From positions 12,732 through 76,731 of the forward strand of contig CAWBOU010000043.1 in NCBI GenBank assembly GCA_963790365.1: a stretch of 64,000 nt of DNA, in the 5' to 3' direction. Below are positions 46,184 to 56,338 of this stretch, piece after piece. A program made the position numbers and the translations under genes. Source of the stretch: an uncultured delta proteobacterium. Its GTDB lineage: Bacteria; Desulfobacterota; Binatia; JACPRU01. The notes below the pieces were generated by a model. That model was not told the origin of the DNA and searched no databases. It saw only the letters and a program-made list of their open reading frames with translations. Each line of letters begins with the position of its first letter. Within the stretch, counting starts at the first letter, position 1.

Positions 46184-47125
46184 ATGAAATCCTTCGAGCG
46201 GATCCTCGAGCAGCGCCCCCCGAAAGCGGCCTCGCTCGTCGTCTCGACGTTCGGCGACGCGGTCGTGCCGCACGGCGGCGAAATCTGGCTCGGTTCGCTG
46301 ATCCGCTGGCTGGTGCCGTTCGGGGTGAACGACCGCGCGGTCCGCACGGCGGCTCAGCGCCTGGCGGCCGATGACTGGTTCACGACGCGAACCGGCGGCC
46401 GGCGCTCCGACTATCTCCTCACGCCGACCGGCCGCGATCGATTCGCGGATGCGGACCGCCGGATCTACGCGGACGCGCCGCACCCATGGGACGGGAGCTG
46501 GTCGGTCGTCGTGATCCCGCCGACCGCCTCCGCCGAACGAAGGGACACGGCGCGACGGGAGCTCAGCTGGCACGGCTTCGGCGAGCTCGCGCCGAGCGTG
46601 CTCGTGCACCCGCGCGCGGACGTTTCCGAGCTCGAGCATGCGCTCCGCGACCTCGGCCTCGATCGCACGGCGCTGATCCTCCGCGCGCGCGGCGAGCGGG
46701 AGGGCCCGGCTCCACTCCACGCGCTCACGGACGCCGCCTGGGATCTCCGCGACCTCGCCGCCGACTACGCGGCCTATGTCGAGCGCTTCCGCCCGCTCGC
46801 GAGCCAGCTCCGCGGCACGACGCCCGAGCCCGAGCTGGCGTTCCGGATTCGCGTGCTCGCAATCCACGAGTACCGGCGCATCTTGTTGCGCGATCCCGAG
46901 CTGCCGAGCGAGCTGCTCCCGAAGAGCTGGGTGGGGGCCGAAGCACGCCGTCTCTGCGGGGAGATCTACCGTCGCGTCGAGAGCGCCGCGGTCGGCTTCG
47001 TCCTTGCTACTGGTGAGACTATGATGGGATCCTTGCCACCACCCCGCGACTTCTATTACCGCCGATTCGGGGGCTTACCGCGGCACCGAGAGGGGAAGAA
47101 CGGTCGCCGTGTTTCACTCCGGTGA
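46184..47125 (+). CDS. paaX: Phenylacetate catabolism repressor PaaX
   Basis: SLVVSTFGDAV.PHGG.IWLGSL, VRTA..RL..W, WDGSW, ELSWHGFG, HEYRRILLRDPELP.ELLP..W.G. Confidence 0.93.
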   Translation: MKSFERILEQRPPKAASLVVSTFGDAVVPHGGEIWLGSLIRWLVPFGVNDRAVRTAAQRLAADDWFTTRTGGRRSDYLLTPTGRDRFADADRRIYADAPHPWDGSWSVVVIPPTASAERRDTARRELSWHGFGELAPSVLVHPRADVSELEHALRDLGLDRTALILRARGEREGPAPLHALTDAAWDLRDLAADYAAYVERFRPLASQLRGTTPEPELAFRIRVLAIHEYRRILLRDPELPSELLPKSWVGAEARRLCGEIYRRVESAAVGFVLATGETMMGSLPPPRDFYYRRFGGLPRHREGKNGRRVSLR

Positions 47126-47225
47126 GGGCCCGGGGGAGATCGATGACGCGAGGCAGCAGAGAGGGTGGCCGTCCGGCGATGGTCGGCACGGCGGCGGTGG
47201 CCCGCCGGGGACGGCGGGAGTGGCG

Positions 47226-49174
47226 ATGCCGCCCGCGATCGCCCTCGGCTTCGTGCTCGTCGCCGCCAAGGCGGCATACCTGCTCGCCCAGGCGCCGGCG
47301 AAGCCGCAAGGCGCGCTCGCGTTCCTCTCCGCGCTCTCGGCGATCACCGTCGCGGACGTCACGTTCGTCGCCGCGGTCGCGATCGCCACTGGCTCCTCCT
47401 CGTGGTCGCGCGCGTCGTGCCGGGGCTCCGCGGCGTGCTCAAGCCCGTGCTCGCCGCGACGTATTCTCTCGCTGCAGCGTTCGCGATCGCGAATCTCTCG
47501 ATCTTCGCGTTCTTCCGCATGCCGCTCACGCATGCACTGGTTTCGCTCGCGGGTGACGCGGCCGGCTTCTTCGAAATCCTCTCCGCGTCGCTCACGCTGC
47601 CGGTGCTCGCCGGGCTCCTCGGTGGCGTCTGGATCTGGGCCGGACTCCTGCTCGGGCTCCGGCTGCTCGTCGATGCATGCAGCGGCCCCGTGCGCCGCGA
47701 TGCGTTCGCCGTGCTCGTCGTCCTCGCCGCGCTCTGGTGCGCGTGGGGCGGCTTCGAGCTCGAAGCGCGGTGGGACAAACGGGCCGACCATCGCATCGCC
47801 GAGAATCCGCACGTGACGTATCTCGCGTCCGTTCTGCGCGCGCCGATCGACGAATCGCCGCTCGCGCTCGCGGAGGCCGCCACCGCGATCGACCTCGAGG
47901 ACTTCGACACGGTCGCGATGCGCGCCGAGCGGCGGGCGAACGCGCCGATCGTGCGCGCGGCGGCGTATCGGACCTCGCGGGTCGCGGCGGCGCAGCGTCC
48001 GAAGAACGTGATCCTCGTCGTGCTCGAATCGGTGTCTGCGAAGTGGCTCGAGCCTTACGATTCCCCTTATCCGGCTACGCCGTTTCTGGATGCCGAGGCG
48101 AAGCACGCGCTCGTGTTCGACGCGTTCTACGCGCCGGCCGGCAGATCGAGCGATTCGCTCGCGGCGCTCCTTCTTTCGGTGCATCCGCGAGTCTCCTGGC
48201 GCGACCTCACGGTCGACTTCCCGGATCTGCCGGGCGAATCGATCGCGGATCGTTTCCGCGAGAGCGGACGGCGGACCGCGCTCTTCACCTCGAGCGATCT
48301 CGGCTGGGCGAACTGGCGCGGCTTCGTCCGCGACCGCGGCTTCGACGTCGTGAAGGAGCATCGCGACCTCGATTGCGGCGCGCTCCTCACCTACTGGGGC
48401 GGCGAAGACCGCTGCGCGATCGACGGCCTCCTCGGCTGGCTCGCGGAAGACGACGAGCGACCGTTCTTCGCGATGGCGTGGACGGTGCAGACGCACCATC
48501 CGTACGAGCCGACGCCCGGCGCGCCGTTCCTCGACTTCTTCCACGGCGCGGCGCCGCCGGACGCGTACGACCTCGATCGCTATCTCAACGTGCTGCACGA
48601 CACGGACCGCCAGCTCGGGCGGCTCTTCGAAGCGCTGCGCGCGAGGGGCCGGGATCGCGACACGCTCGTCGCGATCGTCGGCGATCACGGCGAAGCGTTC
48701 GGCGACCCTCGCTCGATCTACGGGCACGGCACGACGCTCTACGACGAGCAGATGCGCGTGCCGATGATCCTCTGGAGCCCGAAGCTCTTCCCGCGCGGCA
48801 GCCGCTCGGCCGTCGTCGGCGGACATGTCGACCTCGCGCTCACGATCGCGGACCTCGTCGGCCTCGAGCCCGCGCCGACGTGGCAGGGCCGCAGTCTCCT
48901 CTCCGCCGAAGCGCCGTCGCGCACGTACTTCACGTCGACGGCCGATGGCCTCCGGCTCGGCGTTCGCGAAGCGCGCTGGAAGTACATCGTCGACGCGACG
49001 ACGGGTAAAGAGGAGCTCTACGACGTCGGCACCGACCCCGACGAGCGCACGAACGTCGCCGGGGATCACGCCGAGATCACGCGCCGCATGCGCCAGCGAG
49101 TCGCCGCGCGGCTCGAAGCAGATCGCCGCTTCTATTCGCCGTTGATCGCGACCGGCGCCCCGCAGCCAGGCTAG
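47226..49174 (+). CDS. LTA-synthase/sulfatase-family membrane protein (one apparent frameshift near 47385)
   Basis: The hydrophobic N-terminus switches frame at about 47385 into NVILVVLES, QTHHPY, TD..LG.L, GDHGEAF, LYDEQMRVPM, ELYD..DPDE..N. Confidence 0.75.
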
Positions 49175-49180
49175 CCGAAA

Positions 49181-49310
49181 CCGCCTCCCCCCTCACCCGC
49201 CGGCTTCGCCGGCCGGGCCGGCTCGCCAAACGCCCCTCCCATTCGGTCGGGTCGGCTCGCATCCGAACGCACAACGTGCGTTCGGATCCTCTTCCCCAAG
49301 GGGGAGAGGT
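49181..49310. repeat. REP-like palindromic element (CCCTCACCC/GGGAGAGG class) with an internal 12-bp hairpin
   Basis: Starts CTCCCC(C)CTCACCCGCCGGCTYCGCCG, as at 61151; contains ATCCGAACGCAC-AAC-GTGCGTTCGGAT (49261-49287); ends GGGGAGAGGT. Confidence 0.55.
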
Positions 49311-49344
49311 GAATTGGCGCACGCGTTGTGCGAGAGGAGCACTG

Positions 49345-50235
49345 ATGTCCTCTCCCCGCACCTGGCTCACCGCGGTCCGTGCGTATTCCTATCCGGCGAG
49401 CATCGTGCCGATCGCGCTCGGCACCGCGCTCGCCTACCGCGAGGTGGGAGAACTTTCGTTTGGCGCGTTCCTGCTCGCATTGATCGCCGGGATCTTGGTC
49501 CACACCGGCTGCAATCTCCTGAACGACCTCTACGATTTCCGTCAGGGCGTGGATCGGGCGGACACGTTCGGCGGCAGCGGCGTGCTCGTCTCGGGCGAGC
49601 TGACGGAAGACGCGATCGCGCGCAGCGCGTGGCTCTGCCTCGGGCTCGCCGCCGGCGTCGGGCTCACGCTCGTCGGCCGCGTCGGCACGCCGCTCGTGGT
49701 GCTCGGCGCGCTCGGCATCGCCGGCGCCGTCCTCTACACCGCGACGCCGGTCGCGGCGAAGTACCACGCCCTCGGCGCGCCGCTCGTCTTTCTCGCGATG
49801 GGTGTCGGCATGACCGTCGGCGGCTATCTCGTGCAGACCGGCGGCTGGAACGCCGTGATCGTGCTCGCGAGCCTCCCGGTCGGTTTCCTCGTGACGGCGA
49901 TCCTTCACGCGAACGACACGCGCGATCTCGCGGACGATCGCGAGAGCGGGATCCACACGCTGGCGATCGCGCTCGGCGCGCGCGCTTCGCGTGTGCTCTT
50001 CAGCTCACTCCTCGTCGCGACCTACGCTTCGACCGCGGCGCTCGCCGCAGGCGGCATCGTTCCTCTCGCCGCGCTCGCAACGTTCGCCACGCTACCGATC
50101 GCGGTCGGGCTCCATCGGCTCGCGTTCTCCGACACGGCCGAGCGAAGCGAGAGCCTCCGCGACGGTCCCGAGCGCACGGCGAAGCTGCATCTCGCGTTCG
50201 GCGCGCTCTACACGCTCGGCATCGCGTTCGGTTAG
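49345..50235 (+). CDS. menA: 1,4-dihydroxy-2-naphthoate polyprenyltransferase (UbiA family)
   Basis: WL.AVR.YS.PASIVP, NLLNDLYDFRQGVD, ILHANDTRDLADD..SGIHTLA; multiple transmembrane helices. Confidence 0.8.
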   Translation: MSSPRTWLTAVRAYSYPASIVPIALGTALAYREVGELSFGAFLLALIAGILVHTGCNLLNDLYDFRQGVDRADTFGGSGVLVSGELTEDAIARSAWLCLGLAAGVGLTLVGRVGTPLVVLGALGIAGAVLYTATPVAAKYHALGAPLVFLAMGVGMTVGGYLVQTGGWNAVIVLASLPVGFLVTAILHANDTRDLADDRESGIHTLAIALGARASRVLFSSLLVATYASTAALAAGGIVPLAALATFATLPIAVGLHRLAFSDTAERSESLRDGPERTAKLHLAFGALYTLGIAFG

Positions 50236-50246
50236 ACAATCTCCTG

Positions 50247-51023
50247 ATGCTCGGGCGACGCCTCGAAGAGACCGAATGGGTGGAGACGAACGGTCTCGGC
50301 GGCTACGCCTCGGGCACGGTCGGCGGGCCGCGCGCGAGCCGCGAGCAAGGGCTCCTCGTCACGGAGGTCGCGCCCGACCGACGCTTCGTTCTCGTCAACG
50401 GCTTCGACGCGTGGATCGACGGGCCGGCGGGCAAGTTCGCGATCAGCTCGCAGCGGTATTCGCCCGACGTCGTCCATCCCGACGGCTTCGAGCGCATCGC
50501 CGACTTCGAGCCGGATCCGTGGCCACGCTGGCGCTATGCGATCGAGGGCGGCGCGCAGGTCGAGCAGGAGATCGTCGTTCGTCACGGCACCTCGCTCACC
50601 GCGGCCGCGTGGCGCGTACGCGGGCCACGCATCGGCATCTCGCTCACGGTGCGACCGTTCTTCTCCGGGCGCGAGGCGAGCGCGCTCCACTCCGAGAATC
50701 CGACCTTCCGCTTCGACCCCGAGATCAGCTTCGGACGGCTCGTCTGGCGGCCCTACGCCGGCGTGCCCGGGATCGTGGTGGCGATGAACGGCGAGTATTC
50801 ACACCACCCTCTCTGGTATCGGAGCTTCATTTACGGGCGCACCGGTCTCGACGGCAGCGAGGATCTCGCCTCGCCCGGCGTGTTTCGCTGGGACTTCTCC
50901 CAAGGCGAGGCCGTGTGGATCGTCGCCGCGGAGGGCGCGGAGGGCCAGGAGCTGGTCGGCGTCGACAGCGCCGAATCCTGCCTCGCCGCCGTACGCGACG
51001 CCGAGCGCGCGCGTCGAAAGTAG
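50247..51023 (+). CDS. Glycogen-debranching-enzyme N-terminal domain only (stand-alone or truncated)
   Basis: EW.ETNGLGGYASGTV, SQRY.PDVVHPDG, W.R.F.Y, EDLASPG.F. The ORF stops at about 258 aa with no catalytic glucosidase domain. Confidence 0.7.
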   Translation: MLGRRLEETEWVETNGLGGYASGTVGGPRASREQGLLVTEVAPDRRFVLVNGFDAWIDGPAGKFAISSQRYSPDVVHPDGFERIADFEPDPWPRWRYAIEGGAQVEQEIVVRHGTSLTAAAWRVRGPRIGISLTVRPFFSGREASALHSENPTFRFDPEISFGRLVWRPYAGVPGIVVAMNGEYSHHPLWYRSFIYGRTGLDGSEDLASPGVFRWDFSQGEAVWIVAAEGAEGQELVGVDSAESCLAAVRDAERARRK

Positions 51024-51097
51024 GATTGCCAACCGCGCGACGCCGAGTCAGAGACCTCCAACGAGGGTCAGGCTTGCTTCGCTGCGGCTGACCCTAC
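51020..51097. repeat. GTAG-type REP-like element/doublet
   Basis: Plus-strand GTAGG at 51020 and minus-strand GTAGGGTCAG..CTGACCCT (arms 51064-51071 and 51088-51095) facing each other. Confidence 0.5.
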
Positions 51098-51126
51098 GAG
51101 TCCGAGAGAAAGGCGGGAAAACAAAG

Positions 51127-52107
51127 ATGCCGCATCCAACCAAGCCGGTCCCGACGAAGTCGTTCGAAGAGCACCTCAAGGACATGCCCAAGAACTGGGG
51201 GCGTTGGGGCGCGAACGACGAGCTCGGCTCGATCAACTTCCTGACCTCCGCCGAGGTGCTCCGCGGCGCGAAGTCGATCCGCTCAGGCAAGGTCTTCACG
51301 CTCGGCGTTCCCGTCGCGCGGAAGGAAGGCGACCCGATCTATCCGGGACGCGGTCAGCCCGTGAAGACGATGAACATGGACAAGGGCTTCTACATCAACG
51401 ACCAGGCGCCGCTCTTCCCCGGCGGGCTCGAGTACGCGGACGACGTCATCTTCATGTACGTGCAGGGCACGACGCAGTACGACGCGCTCGGCCACGTCTG
51501 GTACGGCGAGAAGCTCTACAACGGCTACGACGCGAAGACGACGATCGGCGGCCTCAAGAAGTGCTCGATCCAACCGATCGCCGAGCACGGCGTCGTCGGC
51601 CGCGGCGTGATGCTCGACGTGGCACGCTACAAGGGCGTTCCCCACCTCGGCGCGAACGAGCAGATCACGCTCGATGATCTCTTGAAGACCGCCGCGAAGC
51701 AGAAGGTGAAGATCGAGAAGCACGACATCATCGTCATCCACACCGGCTGGCTGAAGGTCTTCTACGACAAGGGCGCGGACGCGTTCTTCCCCGACAAGGC
51801 CGTGATGGAGCCGGGCATCACCGACGAGCCCGCCCTGATCCGTTGGTTCCACGAGATGGAGATCCCGTCGCTCACCGTCGACACGATCGCGAACGAGCAA
51901 TCGTGGTCGTCGGAGAGCGGTTACTTCCTCCCGCTCCACGCCGCGCTACTCCGCAACCTCGGCATTCCGTTCAACGAGATCAACTGGCTCGCCGATCTCG
52001 CGGAGGACTGCGCAAAGGACGGTCAGTACGACTTCCTCTTCGTCGGCGCGCCATTGAAGATCGTGGGGGGCACCGGGTCGCCGGTGAATCCGATCGCGAT
52101 CAAATAA
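51127..52107 (+). CDS. Cyclase-family (kynurenine-formamidase-like) metal-dependent hydrolase
   Basis: NWGRWGANDELGSINF, GTTQYDALGH, GRGVMLDVA, HTGW, LH..LL..LGI, PLKIVGGTGSPVNPIAIK. Confidence 0.88.
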   Translation: MPHPTKPVPTKSFEEHLKDMPKNWGRWGANDELGSINFLTSAEVLRGAKSIRSGKVFTLGVPVARKEGDPIYPGRGQPVKTMNMDKGFYINDQAPLFPGGLEYADDVIFMYVQGTTQYDALGHVWYGEKLYNGYDAKTTIGGLKKCSIQPIAEHGVVGRGVMLDVARYKGVPHLGANEQITLDDLLKTAAKQKVKIEKHDIIVIHTGWLKVFYDKGADAFFPDKAVMEPGITDEPALIRWFHEMEIPSLTVDTIANEQSWSSESGYFLPLHAALLRNLGIPFNEINWLADLAEDCAKDGQYDFLFVGAPLKIVGGTGSPVNPIAIK

Positions 52108-52115
52108 CCGCGACG

Positions 52116-53018
52116 ATGATGCGGGGGATCGCCGGACTCGCGCTGCTCGGCCTTCTCCTCGGCTGCCGCTCGTCGGCACCGGACAACTCGGCGCTCTACG
52201 CGGCGATCCGGGCGGGCGATGCCGCGCGCGTTCGCTCGCTCCTCGCCGGCGGCGCGGATCCGAGCTCGAACGCCGTGAGCACCGCCTTCGGCGAGCGAAT
52301 CATCCGACCGTCGTCGGGGCCACCGCCTCCGCCGCTCGTGCTCGCGATCACGGACAAGCAACCGGAGTGCGCGCTCGCGCTCCTCGAGGGCGGGGCGCGA
52401 GCAGATGCCCGCGACGACGACGGCTTTTCGGCGCTCGAGCACGCCACCTCCGGCGGCCAAGCGGCCGTGGTCGGAGCCTTACTCGAGCGCGGCGCCGACC
52501 CGCGCGCGGCGTCGAAGCACGGCTTCCCGCTGGTCTTCGTCGCGGCCGCCGGCGGGAACCCGGAGATCGTGCGCGCGTTCCTCGAGCGCGGCGCCGATCC
52601 GAACGCGCGCGATACCGCGGGCGCGGCGGCGAATCACTACGTCGGCTCGCTCGACAGCGTCTACGAGAAGCTTCGCGGCAAGACGGGGCAGCGCGCTCGC
52701 CCGGGCGAGACGGCGATGATGCTCGCCGCCCAGCGCGGGCATGCCGACGCCGTCCGCGCCTTTCTGGAAAAGGGCGCGGACCCGAACGCGCGCGACGAGA
52801 GCGGCCGCGACGCGCTCATGCTCGTCGCCGAGGAGGCTCTCGGGACCACCGTCGACGAGCGTTATCTGCGCGTCACGCAGGTCCTCCTCGAGCGGAAGCT
52901 CGATCTCGGTGCGAAGGATTCGGCCGGGGGCACCGCGCTCGACCGCGCCCACAAACTCGCCGGCCTGAGCCCGCATCATGCCGAGCTCGCGCGCCGGATC
53001 GAGGCCGCCTCACGGTAG
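52116..53018 (+). CDS. Ankyrin-repeat lipoprotein
   Basis: Lipobox LLLGC; repeated G.TAL..AA..G...V..LL..GADPNA.D units. Confidence 0.88.
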   Translation: MMRGIAGLALLGLLLGCRSSAPDNSALYAAIRAGDAARVRSLLAGGADPSSNAVSTAFGERIIRPSSGPPPPPLVLAITDKQPECALALLEGGARADARDDDGFSALEHATSGGQAAVVGALLERGADPRAASKHGFPLVFVAAAGGNPEIVRAFLERGADPNARDTAGAAANHYVGSLDSVYEKLRGKTGQRARPGETAMMLAAQRGHADAVRAFLEKGADPNARDESGRDALMLVAEEALGTTVDERYLRVTQVLLERKLDLGAKDSAGGTALDRAHKLAGLSPHHAELARRIEAASR

Positions 53019-53058
53019 CTTCTCCGCGGCTACGCGCCGACGACGGCGCTCCGGCGCG

Positions 53059-53307
53059 CTACGATCCCCGGTTGATCGCCCCCCACGCGGCGAGCAAGGC
53101 GACGGCGCCGACCACCGCGCCGATGAAGCCCGCCGCCTCGCCCGGTTGGTAGAACCCGAGCGCCTGTCCGCCGTAGGTCGCGACGAGCGCGCCGCCGATG
53201 CCGAGAACGATGGTGAGGATGATCCCGACCGCCTGCCTGCCGGGCATCACCGCTCGGGCGACGAGTCCGACGATGAGCCCGATGATGATCGTGCCAATGA
53301 TTCCCAT
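53059..53307 (-). CDS. GlsB/YeaQ/YmgE-family stress-response membrane protein
   Basis: IIIGLIVGLVARAVMPG..ILTIVLGIGGA..GFIGAVVGAVALL. Confidence 0.9.
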   Translation of the reverse strand: MGIIGTIIIGLIVGLVARAVMPGRQAVGIILTIVLGIGGALVATYGGQALGFYQPGEAAGFIGAVVGAVALLAAWGAINRGS

Positions 53308-53445
53308 CGTACGCCCTCCTCTTTCGCGAGCATGCAATCCCGTCGCGCTGCCGATTTCAACACTCGGGATTCCGACAATGGGAGGAAGATCCCATCCACA
53401 GAGCCGACGCGTCGCGACTTGCTTCCGACCACGACCTCAGTAGAT

Positions 53446-53790
53446 GTGCGGTATACGGACACTCGTTCGAGAGAGCTCGCTCTCCTTTCCCTCCTCTCGC
53501 TCCCCGGCCTCTTCGCGCTGGGGGTGGCAGTCGGGTGGATCTGGCTTACGCCGCCCGAGGAGCCCGAGCGGTGGGCGGTGTCCCCGGAGGACGAGCTCAC
53601 CCGTCCGCCCGAAACGATCGAGGAGCGGGAGCTCCACGCGTTTCCGGTGCGCCGGGCGTCGACGAAGAAGATCAGCCATTACCGCGACGCGAACGGCGTC
53701 TTCCACTTCGTCGAAGAGAAGTCTCCGTCGAACGCCGACCGGGAGCAGGCGAACAACACGGTCGAGCTCGAAGAGACGCTGAACCGCTGA
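53446..53790 (+). CDS. Small membrane-anchored protein with a DUF4124-like motif
   Basis: N-terminal transmembrane helix, then HYRDANGVFHFVE resembling the DUF4124 Y.W.D..G..HF core. Start uncertain. Confidence 0.45.
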   Translation: MRYTDTRSRELALLSLLSLPGLFALGVAVGWIWLTPPEEPERWAVSPEDELTRPPETIEERELHAFPVRRASTKKISHYRDANGVFHFVEEKSPSNADREQANNTVELEETLNR

Positions 53791-53828
53791 CGATTGACAT
53801 CCGGGGCGAGGAAGCCCGACTAGGGCGC

Positions 53829-56159
53829 GTGGCTCCGGCGAACGACGCGCTCCGCAGCGTTCACACGACAAATCTTCCCGAGCTCTTTCGCCAACTCGGG
53901 ATCAGCTTGGTCGTCTCGACGTACCAGGCCGGCAAGGTAATCCTCATCCGAGCGGACGGCGACAAGCTGAACACCCACTTCCGCACGTTCGGCAAGCCGA
54001 TGGGGATCGCCGCCGATCGCGCCCGGTTGACGATCGGCGGCGCGAACACCGTCTGGTTCTACCGGAACGTGCCTGCGGTCGCCGCGAAGATCGAGCCCGC
54101 CGGCAAGCACGACGCCTGCTTCCTGCCGCGCCGGCTCCACGTCACCGGCGACATCGACATCCACGAGATGGCCTACGACCAGAGCGGCGAGCTCTGGGTC
54201 GTGAACACCCGCTTCTGCTGCCTCTCGACGCTCGACGTCGATCACAGCTTCACGCCGCGCTGGCGGCCCCCGTTCGTGAGCGCCTACGCGCCGGAGGACC
54301 GCTGCCACCTGAACGGGCTCGCGCTCGGCGACGGCCGCGTGAAGTACGTGACCGCGCTCGGCGAGACGGACGCGGCGGGCGGCTGGCGCGTGAACAAGAA
54401 GAGCGGCGGCCTGCTGATGGACGTGGAGACGAACGAGATCCTGCTGCGCGGCTTGTCGATGCCGCACTCGCCGCGCTGGTACCGCGGCAAGCTCTGGCTC
54501 CTCGAGTCCGGCGACGGCGGCATCGCGATCGCCGATCTTGCGCGTGGTACGTGGCAGACGATCGCGCGCTTGCCGGGGTTCACGCGCGGCATCGACTTCG
54601 TCGGACCGATCGCGTTCGTAGGGCTCTCTCAGGTACGCGAGAGCGCGACGTTCAGCGGCATCCCGCTCGTCGAGCGTCTGAACGAGCGGACGTGCGGCGT
54701 GTGGGTGGTGAACCTCGAGACCGGCCAGACGCTCGGCTTCATTCGGTTCGAAGCGGGCGTGCAAGAGATCTTCGCCGTGCAGGTGCTGCACGGTATCCGC
54801 TTCCCGGAGCTCCTCGAGTGGAACGACGAGCGGCTCTCGCAGTCCTACGTGCTGCCCGACGAGGCGCTCGCCCAGGTCGCGCTGCCGAAGCCGGAAGACC
54901 TCGAGCGCTCCCCGCTCCACCACCTTCGCCGCGGCATCGAGCTTCATCGTACCGGCAAGCTCGACGAGTCGATCGCGGCTTTCGAGCGCTCGCTCGAGCT
55001 CGAGCCGAAGGACGTGAACGCGCGCCTGAATCTCGGCGTCGCGCTCGGCGACGCGGGACGGCACGACGAGGCGACCGCACAACTCGAGCAGGTAGTCGCC
55101 GAGGAGCCGAACCGCGCCGAGGCCTGGAACAGCCTCGGCTTCGCCGCGAGCCGTCGCGGCGATCCGCGCGCGGCCGTTGCGCATTACGAGCATGCGATCG
55201 AACGCCGGCCGGACTGGCCGCAAGCGCACTTCAATCTCGGCATGACGCTCCTCCTCCTCGGCGAGTACGAGCGCGGCTGGGTCGAGTACGACTGGCGCTG
55301 GAAGACGGGCGAGTTCACGCCGTTCCAGGCGCCGCATCCGCTATGGGACGGCTCGCCGATCCCCGACAAGACGCTGCTCCTCCACACCGAGCAAGGCGCG
55401 GGCGACGCGATCCAGCTCGCGCGCTTCATTCCGCTGGCGGCCGAGCGCGCGCGGAAGGTGATCCTCGTTTGCAAAGCGGAGCTCGCCCCTTTGTTCGCGA
55501 CCGTCCCGGGGATCGCAGAGCTCCGCGAGGCGGGGCGCATCGGCGTGAACGAGTTCGACGCGTATCTGCCGTTGATGAGCCTGCCCCGCGTGTTCGGCAC
55601 CACGCTCGAGACGATTCCGAACCGCGTTCCGTACCTCGACGTGGAGGCGATCCGCCGCCGCAAGGGTGGCGGGGCGCCGTCGATCGCCGCCGACGGCCGG
55701 TATCGGGTGGGCCTCGTCTGGGCGGGCAGCCCGACCCACAAGAACGATCGCCATCGCTCGCTCGCGCTCCGCGAGCTGTTGCCGATCTTGCGTACCCCCG
55801 GCGTTTCGTTCCACGCCTTGCAGGTGGGCGATCGCCGAACGGATCTCGCGGAGCTTTCCGCAGGCGTCACGGTGACCGATCTCGGCGATCAGCTTCGCGA
55901 CTACGGCGACACCGCGCTCGCGATCGACGCGCTCGACCTGATGATCGGCGTCGACACCTCCGTCGTCCATCTCGCGGGCGCCCTCGCCAAGCCGGTCTGG
56001 ACGCTCCTCCCGCTCGTGCCCGACTGGCGCTGGCTCACGACCGGCAGCACCACACCCTGGTACCCGACGATGCGACTCTTCCGACAGCTCGCGAGCGGCG
56101 ACTGGTCACCCGTCGTCGCCGAGGTCGCCGGCGCGCTCGCGGCTCGCCGCGCCGCGTAA
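53829..56159 (+). CDS. TIGR03032 (DUF4915) domain fused to TPR repeats and a GT-B (GT9/heptosyltransferase-like) glycosyltransferase domain
   Basis: SLVVSTYQAGK, TGDIDIHE, VNTRFCCL, PRWRPPF, EDRCHLNGLA, LSMPHSPRWY, LPGFTRG (DUF4915); 3-4 TPRs; EQGAGDAIQLARF, VGLVWAGSP, DTSVVHLAGAL, DWRW, PWYPTMRLFRQ (GT-B). Confidence 0.85.
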   Translation: MAPANDALRSVHTTNLPELFRQLGISLVVSTYQAGKVILIRADGDKLNTHFRTFGKPMGIAADRARLTIGGANTVWFYRNVPAVAAKIEPAGKHDACFLPRRLHVTGDIDIHEMAYDQSGELWVVNTRFCCLSTLDVDHSFTPRWRPPFVSAYAPEDRCHLNGLALGDGRVKYVTALGETDAAGGWRVNKKSGGLLMDVETNEILLRGLSMPHSPRWYRGKLWLLESGDGGIAIADLARGTWQTIARLPGFTRGIDFVGPIAFVGLSQVRESATFSGIPLVERLNERTCGVWVVNLETGQTLGFIRFEAGVQEIFAVQVLHGIRFPELLEWNDERLSQSYVLPDEALAQVALPKPEDLERSPLHHLRRGIELHRTGKLDESIAAFERSLELEPKDVNARLNLGVALGDAGRHDEATAQLEQVVAEEPNRAEAWNSLGFAASRRGDPRAAVAHYEHAIERRPDWPQAHFNLGMTLLLLGEYERGWVEYDWRWKTGEFTPFQAPHPLWDGSPIPDKTLLLHTEQGAGDAIQLARFIPLAAERARKVILVCKAELAPLFATVPGIAELREAGRIGVNEFDAYLPLMSLPRVFGTTLETIPNRVPYLDVEAIRRRKGGGAPSIAADGRYRVGLVWAGSPTHKNDRHRSLALRELLPILRTPGVSFHALQVGDRRTDLAELSAGVTVTDLGDQLRDYGDTALAIDALDLMIGVDTSVVHLAGALAKPVWTLLPLVPDWRWLTTGSTTPWYPTMRLFRQLASGDWSPVVAEVAGALAARRAA

Positions 56160-56184
56160 ACGAACCGTCATCGACGATCGTTTG

Positions 56185-56238
56185 TGCTCGAGCCTCGAGG
56201 GCACGAACACGTTCGACGCGAGCTGCGAGATCAAGAAG
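56185..56238 (+). repeat. 54-bp relic encoding a near-copy of the last 18 aa of the downstream secreted protein
   Basis: Translates CSSLEGTNTFDASCEIKK versus [18 protein letters not shown] at 58649-58702; 47/54 nt and 15/18 aa identical. Confidence 0.85.
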
Positions 56239-56338
56239 GAACTCGCATTTGTGATTCGCGAACACACCGTGGTACAGACGGCGCGTTCGTAACGCGTTGG
56301 GCGGTGGCCGGGAGCCGGTGCCGCGGAAGTGAGGCGGC

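Noticed and set aside
53794-53826. TTGACA upstream of the TIGR03032 gene
   Set aside because: No acceptable -10 hexamer at 16-18 nt spacing.
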